Of a DNA stretch of 36,577 bases, positions 11,865 to 23,401 are shown piece by piece (positions within the stretch are counted from its first letter, which is position 1; each line of letters starts with the position of its first letter). Origin of the DNA: Nemertoderma westbladi (taxonomy: Eukaryota > Animalia > Xenacoelomorpha). Made by a program: the position numbers and the translations under genes. The DNA is taken from contig JAUCBJ010006128.1 of NCBI GenBank assembly GCA_032718475.1, positions 1-36,577 of the forward strand, given 5' to 3'. The notes under the pieces were generated by a model. That model searched no databases and was not told where the DNA came from. It saw only the letters and a program-made list of their open reading frames with translations.

Positions 11865-13076
11865 TAGTGCTGCGAACTGAAACTGAAACTGAACTGGAAC
11901 TGAAATCGAACTGAAATTGTTTTTGGCATTTTTTCTGAACTGGAACTGAAACTGGAACTTAAACTTTAATTTTTTTTAAACTGAAACTGAAACTAGAACT
12001 GAAACGTGATATATTGAAATACTGGAACTGGAACTAGAACTGAATTCCTGAAAATTGAAAACTGGAAGTAATAAATTGAAAATAAATGTAAACATAAATT
12101 ACAATATTGCCCCCCCCCCCCCCCCCAGGGAATAAAAAAACAAAAGATATGTCACTTAAGCCTATATCAAAACCAGTTTTTGTTGATTTGGAAACTACAT
12201 GGGCACGAGAGATTCTCCTTCTCCAGTTGAAACTTTTGCCTTCTTTATGGTTGTTAAATAATCATCTAAAGTTTGAGCTTGAAGTTTGGATTTTTTTACT
12301 GCCTCTGCTTCTTTTATACTTAATATGTCTTTCTCAGCCGATTAAAATTTTTCGTATAGTATTGGGTGACGCCAAGGGGGTCCTTTATGTTACTTGGTTA
12401 CAAATACAATATTACACTACGCTAACCTAAAACCAATATAAAACGTAATTACACTATGTACATGTACAACTTTACCGAGAGCGTGACAATGCCCGACTCA
12501 ACGATAAAGATATAATGTACAGAACAATTTATTATAACACGTAATTACAGTATAAATAGTAAATAATTAATAAACTAATAACTTACTGTATGACTATTGT
12601 ACCTATTTTACATTGCACACGGAGGTGAGATTTAACTGCAGATTTAAAAGAATGTTGATTATTTAGGTTTTTAATTTCATTAGGCAGAGCGTTCCAATTT
12701 TTAATGCCGTTAAAAAAGAAAGTATCAGATTCAAATTAATATTCGTATAATTCTGGAATTCTCAACACAGGGCCCATAAATATAAATATATACAGGTAGT
12801 ACTGAATATATATACAGTATTGTATACAGTATATATACAGTATGACAGCGGTAGGCCTTCTTATTACTTATTATTGTTATGAAACTTGAATTGAAACTGA
12901 AACTATTTTTTTTCCGGAACTGAAACTGGAACTTAAATAAACAGCCTCATTCAAACTGAAACAAGAACTGAAACTGAAACTGTATTTTTTTGGAAACTGG
13001 AACTGGAACTGAAATAAATAGGTTTATTCGAACTGAAACTGAAACTAGTCAAATATTGATTCAGTTCGCAGCACTA
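11865..13076. mobile_element. Non-autonomous hAT element with 8-bp TSD
   Basis: Perfect 17-bp TIR TAGTGCTGCGAACTGAA; TSD CTCAGATG (11857-11864 and 13077-13084); subterminal GAAACT/GGAACT hexamer arrays. Removing it restores YFHMLSSDVNPQHSLC. Confidence 0.95.
12372..12732 (-). mobile_element. 3' fragment of a CR1/L2-group LINE inside the hAT element
   Basis: Minus strand reads ESDTFFFNGIKNWNALPNEIKNLNNQHSFKSAVKSHL, the typical ORF2 C-terminus (WNxLP...FK...K..L), followed by an AT-rich 3' UTR. Confidence 0.7.
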
Positions 13077-16000
13077 CTCAGATGTGAATCCTCAACATTC
13101 ACTTTGTCCGAAAGGCATCAATTCATGGTGCCAATACAATAGAGGATTGGATACTGGGCAACTATATCACCACAAGCAACAGCTTCCTGAAGTTATCGCT
13201 AATCTTGTCAAACCGATATTTAGAGATCTTTCATCTCCTCAATTGCTGTCACGATGTCTCCATGGAAAAACTCAAAATGTGAATGAAAGTTTTAATAACT
13301 TACTATGGTTGCGTTGCTCAAAGAGGGTATTTGTTGGAGGAATTAGTCTTGCAGTGGGTTTCTATGATGCTGTCCTGTGTTTTAATGAAGGTGCTATCTC
13401 AAGAGTGGGTGTTTTGCAGGAGATGGGTTGTTGTGTGGGTGTACAGTGTATCGAAGGACTCAAAAGTGATAGACGAAAAGAGGATCATGAAGGCGGAGAA
13501 GGAGGATAAGGGCATCGAACTCGGTAAAACAAGAGGCCTCAAAAGGCAAAGAAAGGCTATTGATAATGACTCTGATGACTCAGATAAACATTATGGATCA
13601 GGGATGTTTTGAACTGTAACTTGGAACTGTAATTATTTTGATAACATGCAAAGGATAGCTAGTATAATTAGTGAAAATTATTAATAATCTTTAATCGCGA
13701 TTTATTACGTATACCATTTTTTCACATTCAGGTGCATTTTTCTCGGGACTGGGCAAACGAAATCACTGGAAATTTTGCATGGACATTTGTTTCGATGGTA
13801 TGGTTACAACCATGCTTCATATTGACTGTACCATCATCTCAACTTGTAATATACCACTATTTGTCCCTCGCGGATGGGAAATTTAGGGTGATAAATGAGT
13901 TACTGGCAGTATTTCAATGTCAGAGTGGAATTCTTGCACACAAGTGCATCATTTTGTGTCCTAATGCCTAATGGTTGTTAAATATCTGTGCAAATTTTCA
14001 AGCAAAACCTTCTATGTGTTCCGGAGAAAAGTGCACCTAGGCTTAAAAGGAAAATGTATGGAGCGGCAAAGACGACCATCTCCCCTTAAAGTAATATCCC
14101 CCTTCAATTTGAGACGAATGGCTGTATTTTGGAGTCCTCGAACTCACCCACCATATGTTCTCAAAAAATCTCAAATTCGTCATGTGCTGGAATAGGTGTT
14201 TGTAATATTTCCATGGCAGATTGTAGAATTATCTGTTTAAATACTACTACTACTATCAGCATTCTGCATTGCAGCTGCATTATATATATACGTCATATAT
14301 TACATAAATAAATATATATATATATAATATATTTATTTATTAATAAATTACATAAATAGGCAATTAGGCGAACTTGGCGAATTAATATCCCGCTTCAATG
14401 TTTAATTCTCAATATAGGGAAAGGAGCAGGTTACAGTGGCACGATATTTTAACAGTGTAGTGTTTCAATAAACTAAACACCATAGAACAGGTTACAGTTT
14501 TTTTTTGAAAGTAATCATCTGTTATTCGCGTCCAATTTCCCCTGGAGATTGATGAATTTTCATTGTTTCCAGTTTCCCCCCCTCCTATCTGATCAGTGGA
14601 TGCAAACGTTTTTTCCCTATAAGGTTTTTTTGATCCAATGTCCTGTTTAAAAGGGGATAATTGTTTTAAAAAATTGTATATTTGTATTGGAAATATAAGA
14701 AAATCTGTAATAAAAAATATAAAATGACACCAGTTTAGTTTAAAAATATAAATTTACACAGGGGAACGCCACCTAGGTATAAATATCTAATAACAGATAT
14801 GAATATTTCACTTATTAGGTAAGAAATTACTTGATGGTCGCGGGCCACAATGAAGTAGATAGTAAGGTAATAAATGCAACATACAGTATAATAATTATCG
14901 TGAATGTACATATAGTAGGGAAGTAAAATCGTAAAAAATTAAGATATTGATAAAATCGTAAATAACATACAGTAGATACAAATCACATACAGTAGATAAA
15001 AATTACATATAAATCACATACAGAATATATATAGATATAAATTACACATACATACACTTTCGCGGAACACAAATCCTCCCTCTCCGAATATTACACATTT
15101 TTTTGGTAACATTTCAATTTTCTGACGGGGGGGGGGGGGGGGGGGGGTAACTACACCCACTACCCCCCCCCCCCCCCCCTGGGTACGCCCTGCATGTAAC
15201 TAGTGACTCTGCGCATCAGAAATTGACCATCTCGAAAAATTCTGACAGCCTTAACACTATTTTTTGTACCAAATTGTACTAATATATACCAAATGAACCA
15301 ACTTTTTTAAAATAATTGAAACAGAGGGAACATCTAAACCGCATTTGTTAATTTTTATGTATAAAGTAAGAGGGGTAGTTGGCCTTGCGAATTGTATGCG
15401 AATATTTTCATAAAAATGTTATCTTCATCGAAATTTCGGATGTGAAGCGCAAAATTCGCTCCCAAAGTGATATTGACTAATATTCGCGCTATAAATAATA
15501 TATCAAGCGATGTATTATATTAACTATTATTGTACTTAAAAACTACCCAAATGTTCGATCTACCATTAAAAAAAACCAATTCGCTCAGAAGCGGAAATTG
15601 CATTAAATGTGATTTTAAATGTGATAACATCGGAAGGACAAGTTACAAATAAGGTAATTTGTAATTCCTAGTATATAACGGGTATCCATGGTGACTGCAT
15701 TATCATGCAGTTACTTTTTATGAAGAATATGTAGCTATGTGTGTGGTAGGATACTAGTTTAACCCGAGTTACCGAGATATTGTTCATTTTGCAAAAGCTC
15801 CCTCCCCCCGCCCCCCCCCCCCCTCCTCCCCTATTGTAATAAACGTTCTAGAACACACAATATCGACTCAAAGCATTTATAAATCCTGTGGTAGCTACTC
15901 TTTTAAAAATAGTAGCTGGTGTTTGTTATGGTAGGTATATTATTTAAAAACACAATCACAATACACAAAAACGAATAAAGTTATACACATTTATTACTCT

Positions 16001-16314
16001 TTCATACTGCTTTTATTAACATTTTTCAAAAATATTTGTTCGCGGGTATTCAGATATTTATAGTATGTGTACGTACCCATAAACGAGTTTTTGAGGTTGT
16101 AGCAGAGGTTGTGTTTGATGGGAGGATGTAGCAGCATCAGTGTGCAAATAATTAATTAAATGTGTCTGCAAGACAGCTAGAGGTTGCACTCGTTGCAGAT
16201 GCGTCAGAGCCAAGCTCCCTTGCTTCATTGTGTAATTGTAGTTCCAACACGATTAAGTGAATCGTGAATATTTTCTATGCCAATGCAATACTGTATAACT
16301 GTCCAACAATAATT

Positions 16315-17660
16315 GGTATTGGTGGTAATATGTTCAGGTCTATTAAAGCTCTATACACAGGAACAATGCCTTCCGTTATGATCAACTCAATTTGTTCTGA
16401 GTGGCTTTTAACACTTCCAGGGGAGGTAGACAAGGAGACAACCTCTCACCAACTCTATTCAACATTTTCGTTAACACTGTTGGATGATATCAAAAAGGGA
16501 GGTATTGGTATGATTGATGATATTGCCCTAGTGGCAGACTCAGAGGAGAATTTGCAGAAGCTCTTGGATATCTTGGCTGAATAGACATCCCAGTGGAAAA
16601 TGTCGTTAAACCCCAAAAAAATGCATCGTTCTGCATTTCAGAAAACCTGGAGTACTGCAAACTGGTTCAATTTTCAAAGTAAATAGTGCAGTGATACCGA
16701 TAGCGGCCGATAGCTATAAATACCTAGGTTTACATTTCGACGTACATTTTAAGTTTAATGTTGCTTTTAACATTTTAGCCAACTCTGCTAAGCAAGCGTT
16801 TGGTGGAATAATTAGTAAATCTAAATTTATGTGGTTTTCATTTTGATACTTACACTAAACTGTACCTTTCCTGTGTCGCTCCGATATTAGATCACCGTGC
16901 CAGTGTTTGGGGTTACTTAAATTCTCGAGAAGCCGTGAAGGTGCAGAATGCCGCACTGATATATTTTTAGGAGTGCATAGATTTACACCAAATCTTGCCG
17001 AAGAGGGCGGCGAAGGCGGTTGGAACTCTTGCAAACAGCGTCATTATGTATCAATCAATGTGCAGATTTTGGAAAAGATTGGTTTCTATGAATGATCGCA
17101 GAATTGCTAAAAAGGTTTTTAAATTTGAATATAACCAATCTGATGGTGCAGTGAATTACAGGCAATTTTTCCAGTAGTAGGTTTCGGTAAAGAGAATTAT
17201 AATGTTAAATCTACAATCTACATGTAATATGCAGTGTAATATGTAACATTTAATAAACATTGTATTGAGTATTTCAATAATGTTTGGAAAAGAGAAGTTA
17301 GAGAAAAACCGAAACTTAGAATATAATTAAGCATTTTAAAACTGAATTTAAAGAGGAGACCTATGTTACTACAAATTTATTAAATAGGAAAAACGTAGCA
17401 ACGTAAGTCAAGTACCATTGACGATGAAATTTGAAATGTTGAAAAGATGAAATTCACATATGATTACTAAGATGTTCGATTTAAAACAGAAAATATTATT
17501 TACCGAGAAACTACAGTATATATGTCAATTATTTATGTCTCACTTAACAATTATCTGTGCTTAAAAAAATTTATATTTGTGCTATTATATTTTTGTCTTG
17601 TAAGCCTTTGCTGGCTGGGGGCTAGTTGGCCCATGACATAATATCTCAATCAATCAATCA
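16315..17660 (+). mobile_element. 5'-truncated CR1/L2-group LINE (RT pseudogene, 3' UTR and tail)
   Basis: GIGGNMFRSIKALY, GVRQGDNLSPTLFNIF (shifted frame), DDIALVADSEENLQKLLD, YKYLGLHFD, YTKLYLSCVAPILDHRASVWG; (CAAT)n tail at 17646-17660. Confidence 0.88.
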
Positions 17661-18162
17661 TAACAAGTATTAACTTATTAATTAAAGAGCAAATTTTATG
17701 CGAAAATGTAATACATGCATCAGGAAGCATTTACTTGTTTTAAATATATAATATTGCAACCATTAAAATACAGTTTTTGCTTTTCCATTCAAATGCAAAA
17801 CTTCCATTGCCATGTACGATTATCACGTTGCTAGGTTCGACATTTTGAATATCACAATCACTTTATATATGGCTCAAGTATCTACAAACTAAATTTCAGC
17901 TTATTTCATACAGTAGTTTTAGTGTTGCTATACAGAATGACCGTTTCTATGGGAAATTGATCTCCAAATGTTACTTCGACAAACCAGAATTTTTGGAGAT
18001 GGTCCATTTCGTGAAACACTCGCCAGGTACTACCCATCTGAAAAATTTGGCACTTTTGTAATCGATATAACGGTTTTGTCACTAACTGAACTTATATAAC
18101 ATATCTATTATTTAGACTGCAATACAGCCATTATAGATTTATTTGTTATGCAGGTTAGATAT

Positions 18163-18412
18163 GTCGCAGTGTCGCAGTGTCCGAGTGGATACGGCGCCTG
18201 AACTGCTTACACAATAGTGTTTGGTGGCGCAGGTTCGAATCCGACTAAAGGCTGTAGAAATTTCGCACTGTTGTGTCCCTAGGCAAGACACTTTAGACAT
18301 TAGTGCCTACGTCAACCCAGCGGTATAATGGGAACCTGGCTTTGCTGGGGGTAATGATAATAAAAGCGCTTTGAGTATGCAGAGTGTAGGAAAGCGCTAT
18401 ATAAATAACCAA

Positions 18413-18441
<29 letters not shown>
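18163..18441 (+). mobile_element. tRNA-derived SINE with CORE-like centre and L2-type 3' tail
   Basis: A box TGTCCGAGTGG and B box GGTTCGAATCC; TGTGTCCCTAGGCAAGACACTT...AATGGG resembles CORE; AAGCGCTTTGAG...AAAGCGCTATATAAAT tail then (ATT)n; TSD TTAGATAT (18155-18162 and 18442-18449). Confidence 0.9.
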
Positions 18442-18444
<3 letters not shown>

Positions 18445-18633
18445 GATATAGTGGTACACAATTTAGTCATTATTCGTACTTTGGTTCTTTCTTATTTTGG
18501 ATGCGTGTACTTCGGTAGTTTGTTTTAGGCTTTACTGGTATCAGATTTTGGGTTTCATCTATATTTACTTTCTGTATGATTTGTTTTTTTCTGTATTTCA
18601 GTATTTTGGTTACATTTCCTATTTCTTGGTCAA

Positions 18634-18809
18634 TTGGTACTGGTACAGTGCTGTATTAAGATAGGGTTAGGGACTCACAGTACACTGCTGATGATGGAGC
18701 TGTGTTTCTCTGGGTACAGTTTTGGTACTGGTACAGTGCTGTATTAAGATAGGGTTAGGGACTCGCAGTACACTGCTGATGATGGAGCTGTGTTTCTCTG
18801 GGTACAGTT
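18634..18809. repeat. 88-bp tandem duplication
   Basis: 18634-18721 versus 18722-18809, one mismatch (CAC/CGC). Confidence 0.95.
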
Positions 18810-19379
18810 TTTAAATCCTGAAACCCTTCATTTTTATCAAATTTAGTATGTATATTTAGACTTACCCCTTTCGGCGGACAAAAAGTCCTGTATTTTCAAA
18901 TATATAGGATAGTTATTCGTGCAGTTATTAAAGTGTTTATTTGTAGCTAGGTTTCATTTTTGATAGGAGACTGGTTTCACATTTGTTTCTATATATATTT
19001 TATATTAAAATTGCATAAATCATAAAACTCAAGTAGATAAATACAACCGCAGGGTGCGTGATCCGGTCAATGATGTAAATAATACTGAGACGAATAGTAA
19101 TAATTAAAAGTTAAATAGTAACAATTATTACTTATATATTAATATTTCAAAAAGCCATCGATATAAATTTATATTTTAAGTATATTTTGATTCCACTGCT
19201 ACAAAATAAAATAAAAATTTAGAGTGGGCATTTAATTTAAATATTTGTCATTATATTAAATAGTATTACAAAATTATTTAATACTATTTAATCAAATATC
19301 TCAAAAAGCTACCGTCATAAGATTTTGAAATTATAATTTTTTGAATGTTGAACTCTATCAAAAAATGCAATCAGTAATC

Positions 19380-19971
19380 AGGGCATTTTTCTTCGACTAA
19401 AAGGTGGTTCAGCCCAACTGTGATCAATGGCTATTAGTTCACTAAAACCTTAAATGTTTTCATGCTCAGAGTTATTAAAAAATCTTGGAAGTTATCAATG
19501 ACGGCTTCCTCCCACTCTTTTCGCATAGAACTCAGAGAATACTGTGGCTGCAGAATCGATACTAAGTAGTTTACGGTTACATCCGTGTAAGAGGAGGATT
19601 CTGGAATGATTTGGGACATAATTCTTTGTTGTTATTTAATATCCCGCTCAGTCAATACATTTCTAGACCTCGGCTAATTTAATCAGTGTATAATTTACGT
19701 CTTGTCAATACACTTACAGTTAGGGTACCAACAATCTGATTTGCATTTTCCACTGTTATCCTACCAGTATATCCATTCTCAATAATGTAATCGCTATAAT
19801 CTCCAGGGTTTAATGCGATGTTCTGGATCGCATTAAACACGATCTTACTCATTATCTGTTAGGTATCTTGCGACTTTATTTAATATCAAATGTAGCGTTA
19901 TCTAGAAGTTCGTATGTTGAAAGGCTTAGAAACTTAGGTTGTGGCGGTGGGCCACCTTGAGCCAAACACAA
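19380..19971 (-). pseudogene. G2E3-like HECT E3 ligase fragment (middle of the HECT domain)
   Basis: LCLAQGGPPPQPKFLSLSTY...IIENGYTG...TRRKLY...RGLEMY...LVSILQPQYSLSSMRKEWEEAVIDNFQDFL, with stops and frameshifts. Confidence 0.7.
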
Positions 19972-19973
19972 TG

Positions 19974-20087
19974 AACCCGGCGTAGCATTCTTGTGAATGT
20001 GCCATCCAGAGATTTGGTGTCCTCAGCAGTTAGAGCCCAGCATGGACTCCCATAGAGGAGTACTGGAACTACTGCTGCTCTAAATAA
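19974..20087 (-). pseudogene. RTE-like LINE fragment (post-RT region)
   Basis: LFRAAVVPVLLYGSPCWALTAEDTKSLDGTFTRMLRRV matches LLYGSExW.LT...LDG.YTRMLR. Confidence 0.8.
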
Positions 20088-20353
20088 TAACAGATGATTA
20101 CTCCCAAAAATAAAACTGTAACCTGTTCTATTGTGTTTATCTGATAATCAATCTCTCAGTCATAGTACTATACGGTGGCCCACAAGTGACAATCGCACAA
20201 CATTTACAAAGCAACATTAACATTGGACATAGCAACATTAACATTTTAGCCCATCAACATTAACATTTAGTCTGTCACCATTAGCATTTAGCCTATCAAC
20301 ATTAACGTTTAGCCTAACAACATTACCGGTAACATTTATCCTATCAACATTAA

Positions 20354-21130
20354 CCTTATTACCACTGGGGTGTTTAGACAAATAGCAGCACTGGCGGGGG
20401 GCCGATCCCCCCCCCCCCCCCCCCCATTGTATTTTAGTAATCGTCCAAATAGATCCTACAAAATTTGGGCTGTAAGTGAAAAAATTAACGAAGAAAACTT
20501 CCAAACCTTAAAAAATGAAAATTTTGTAAGAGACCTGGAAATTGGGCCGCTTAATCGATTGAAAGTAATATAGAAGCCTGAAGACTTAGTGGTTTGCCAT
20601 TTTTGGTGCACCAAAATTTGGGCGTGCGCTTTAAATTTTGAAAAAGTGCCACATCGTAATTTTGGTGCACTAATAATGACATACCACTAACCCTTGATGA
20701 TTCAATATTACTTTCAATCGATTCAGCGGTCCAGATAACCTATAATAATGTGTTTAAATCAAAACTGTGGAGTATTTTCCGAGACCTGAATATTTCAAAA
20801 TCCGAAATGCCATGCCCTAATTTCGGTGCCCCAAAAATGACGTACCACTATAAGCACATTCGTGTATAGAGTAGTAGAGTGCTCCATATCAATCAGAATC
20901 AATAAAAAAGCCCATAATATCCCTAAGGACGAACTTACAACTGACCTTATAAAATTCGAAAATTTAAAAAATAATTGTGTTGGGGACAAAATTTTAGGTG
21001 GGACCCACATCGAAAATGCGCTATTAAATTTGGCTAATTCTCAAACCAAAGATACATAATGTTGTTGTACAGCAATTACAGCAATTTTATACAAGGGGGG
21101 GCCTATTTGCCGCCCCCCGTGGTAATAGGG
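20354..21130. mobile_element. piggyBac-type MITE with TTAA TSD
   Basis: TTAA(20350-20353)-CCTTATTACCAC ... GTGGTAATAGGG-TTAA(21131-21134); no coding capacity. Confidence 0.9.
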
Positions 21131-21153
21131 TTAACATTTAGCCTAACAAGATT

Positions 21154-21880
21154 GGATAGTACTTAAGTCATATCTGAACCTATCTGAATCCATTCTGGAC
21201 CCAATCTCGAGAATTATGCCAAATCTGAACCCAATCTGAATCGAAAATTGAAAAAGGTTTGAAAATTATTAATTTTTGCATTAACAATTTTGAAAATTGA
21301 TGAAATTTTACATATATTTTTTCATATTTAAAATTGTGGGAAGCCGCAGCACTACTGCTGTATTGGGGACTACAGTTACTGCTGTATTGTATTGCTGTGC
21401 AAACGTTCACGTTATAGCTCACCGCAACCAGTAGGCAGTATCCCTCCCAACTGACAACTACAGAACTATGGCTGTATGGTGCTCGGGCCAGGTTGTACCA
21501 GGCACTAGTAACTTACCCAACGTTAGACCGAAAGCGAACTGCTACGAGAACTATACAGCCGTAGTTCTCTAGTTGTCAGTTGGGATACCACCTACCGGTA
21601 GACCGGCAGACTGGAGCTATAACGTTAACGACTGAACAGCAGTACAATAAAGGCAGCAACTCTAGTCCCCAATACAGCAGTAGTGCGGCGGCTCCACACA
21701 TTTAAATATGAAAAAAGGTATGTAAAATTTCTTCAAATTTCAAAATTGTTAATGCAAAAATAAATAATTTTCACCTCTTTTTCAATTTTCGATTCAAATT
21801 AGGTTCAGATTTGGTATAATTCTCGAGATTGGGTCCAGATTGGGTTCAGATTGGGTTCAGATATGACTAAAGTACTATCC
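21154..21880. mobile_element. Mutator-type foldback MITE with 9-bp TSD
   Basis: GGATAGTACTTAAGTCATATCTGAACC ... GGTTCAGATATGACTAAAGTACTATCC; imperfect arms of ~335 bp around a ~50-bp loop; TSD AACAAGATT (21145-21153 and 21881-21889). Confidence 0.92.
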
Positions 21881-22009
21881 AACAAGATTAACATTTAGTC
21901 TATCAACATTAACATTTAGCCTTGCAACATTCCCGGTAACATTTGGTCTATCAGCATTAACAATTAGCCTAGAGCAATATTAACATTTAGCCTATCAACA
22001 TTAACATTT

Positions 22010-23401
22010 TACGGAAGCCCATAGCGGCCAGGACACAAACATTAATGTGGGACACAAACATTAATGAGGGGCTCATTAATGAGGGACACAAACATTAATG
22101 AGGGACACAAACATTAATGAGGGACACAAACATTAATGAGGGACACAAACATTAATGAGGGACACAAACATTAATGAGGGACACAAACATTAATGAGGGA
22201 CACAAACATTAATGAGTGACACAAACATTAATGAGGGAAACAAACATTAATGAGGGACACAAACATTAATGAGGGACACAAACATTTATGAGGGGCACAA
22301 ACATTAATGAGGGACACAAACATTAATGAGGGACACAAACATTAATAAGGGACACAAACATTAATGGGGGACACCTTAATAGTTAATAGACACCTTAATA
22401 ATTTGTCTATGCCTAGGGGCCACACATATGCTTAATCCGGCTCTGGGGGGACACCTTAATAGGGGTCAATGCTTCCCAATGAATATTAATAAGGGCGATG
22501 GTGATGCTTGCCGTAAGACATTATTAGATATTGATTAGCAGGAAATCTAATACCGTGGGAACGTGACCTCTGGTAGAGCGGCGCTGTAGACAATTCCAAT
22601 TCCATGTAGTTGCAGAACGTAACTTGTGGATGCTTATTAATCTATTTTTATCTTTGTTGCCGTTGGAGGGTAATATAGGCCTACTGTGTGGGATAGGGAA
22701 AATGCTAGGTACTGCTAGTCGTAATAATGAAACAAGCAAAAATATGCAAATGAACAAAGATACTCTGATCAAGGTAAACAACATAAGCTTACTTTCAAAT
22801 ATGGAGATGGATGGAATATCTACCAGACTACTATTCCACTCCCGAACTACTTTAATCAAAGGTCACGTTCCCACGGTAGTAGTTTTTCAGTTAATCACTC
22901 AATATATACAGTATATCTAATAATGTCCGACGGCAAGCATCACCATCGCCCTTATTAATATTCATTGGGAAGCATTGACCCCTATTACTGTAAGGTGTCC
23001 CCCATTAATGTTTGTGCCCCTCATAAATGTTTGTGTCCCTCATTAATGTTTGTGTCCCTCATTAATGTTTGTGTCCCTCATTAATGTTTGTGTCCCTCAT
23101 TAATGTTTGTGTCCCTCATTAATGTTTGTGTCCCTCATTAATGTTTGTGTCCCTCATTAATGTTTGTGTCCCTCATTAATGTTTGTGTCCCTCATTAATG
23201 TTTGTGTCCCTCATTAATGTTTGTGTCCCTCATTAATGTTTGTGTCCCTCATTAATGTTTGTGTCCCTCATTAATGTTTGTGTCCCTCATTAATGTTTGT
23301 GTCCCTCATTAATGTTTGTGTCCCTCATTAATGTTTGTGTCCCTCATTAATGTTTGTGTCCCTCATTAATGTTTGTGTCCTGGCCGCTATGGGCTTCCGT
23401 A
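22010..23401. mobile_element. Non-autonomous IS3EU-like element with long inverted arms and 6-bp TSD
   Basis: TACGGAAGCCCATAGCGGCCAGGACAC ... GTGTCCTGGCCGCTATGGGCTTCCGTA; TSD ACATTT (22004-22009 and 23402-23407); inverted arrays of the 19-bp unit GAGGGACACAAACATTAAT; arms reach ~22569 and restart at ~22860. Confidence 0.9.

Larger units (their letters stand above)
10724..13612 (+). pseudogene. Kolobok/Mutator-like DDE transposase pseudogene
   Basis: RKSFRGNQY, CQDC, SIDGTWQKRGH, SLNGAVSVISVDTGKVIDCESLSKQC, NYEGSSGGME, KLECIAHVQKRMG, HSLCPKGINSWCQY, CLHGKTQNVNESFN. Frameshifted and split by the insertion at 11865-13076. Confidence 0.9.
9790..14085 (+). mobile_element. Kolobok-type (Mutator-like PF20700) DNA transposon, interrupted
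   Basis: Transposase remains (next feature); right end ...GACGACCATCTCCCC followed by TTAA (14086-14089), the RR..YY/TTAA signature of Kolobok. The left end is degenerate and its position approximate. Confidence 0.7.

Noticed and set aside
18163-18250. Second tRNA gene
   Set aside because: A and B boxes are present but the acceptor and anticodon stems do not pair properly; it continues into a SINE body with tail and TSD.
19948-19960. GGGCCACC as the right TIR of the outer IS3EU-like element
   Set aside because: It lacks the terminal GTA, lies on the wrong side, and encodes the QGGP motif of the HECT fragment.
22524-22920. ORFs in the centre of the palindromic element
   Set aside because: No motifs; their shared GHVPTV peptide simply reflects the inverted repeat.
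22031-23380. 19-bp repeat arrays as a CRISPR array
   Set aside because: Units are head-to-tail with no unique spacers, there are no cas genes, the context is eukaryotic, and the arrays are the inverted arms of a TSD-flanked element.
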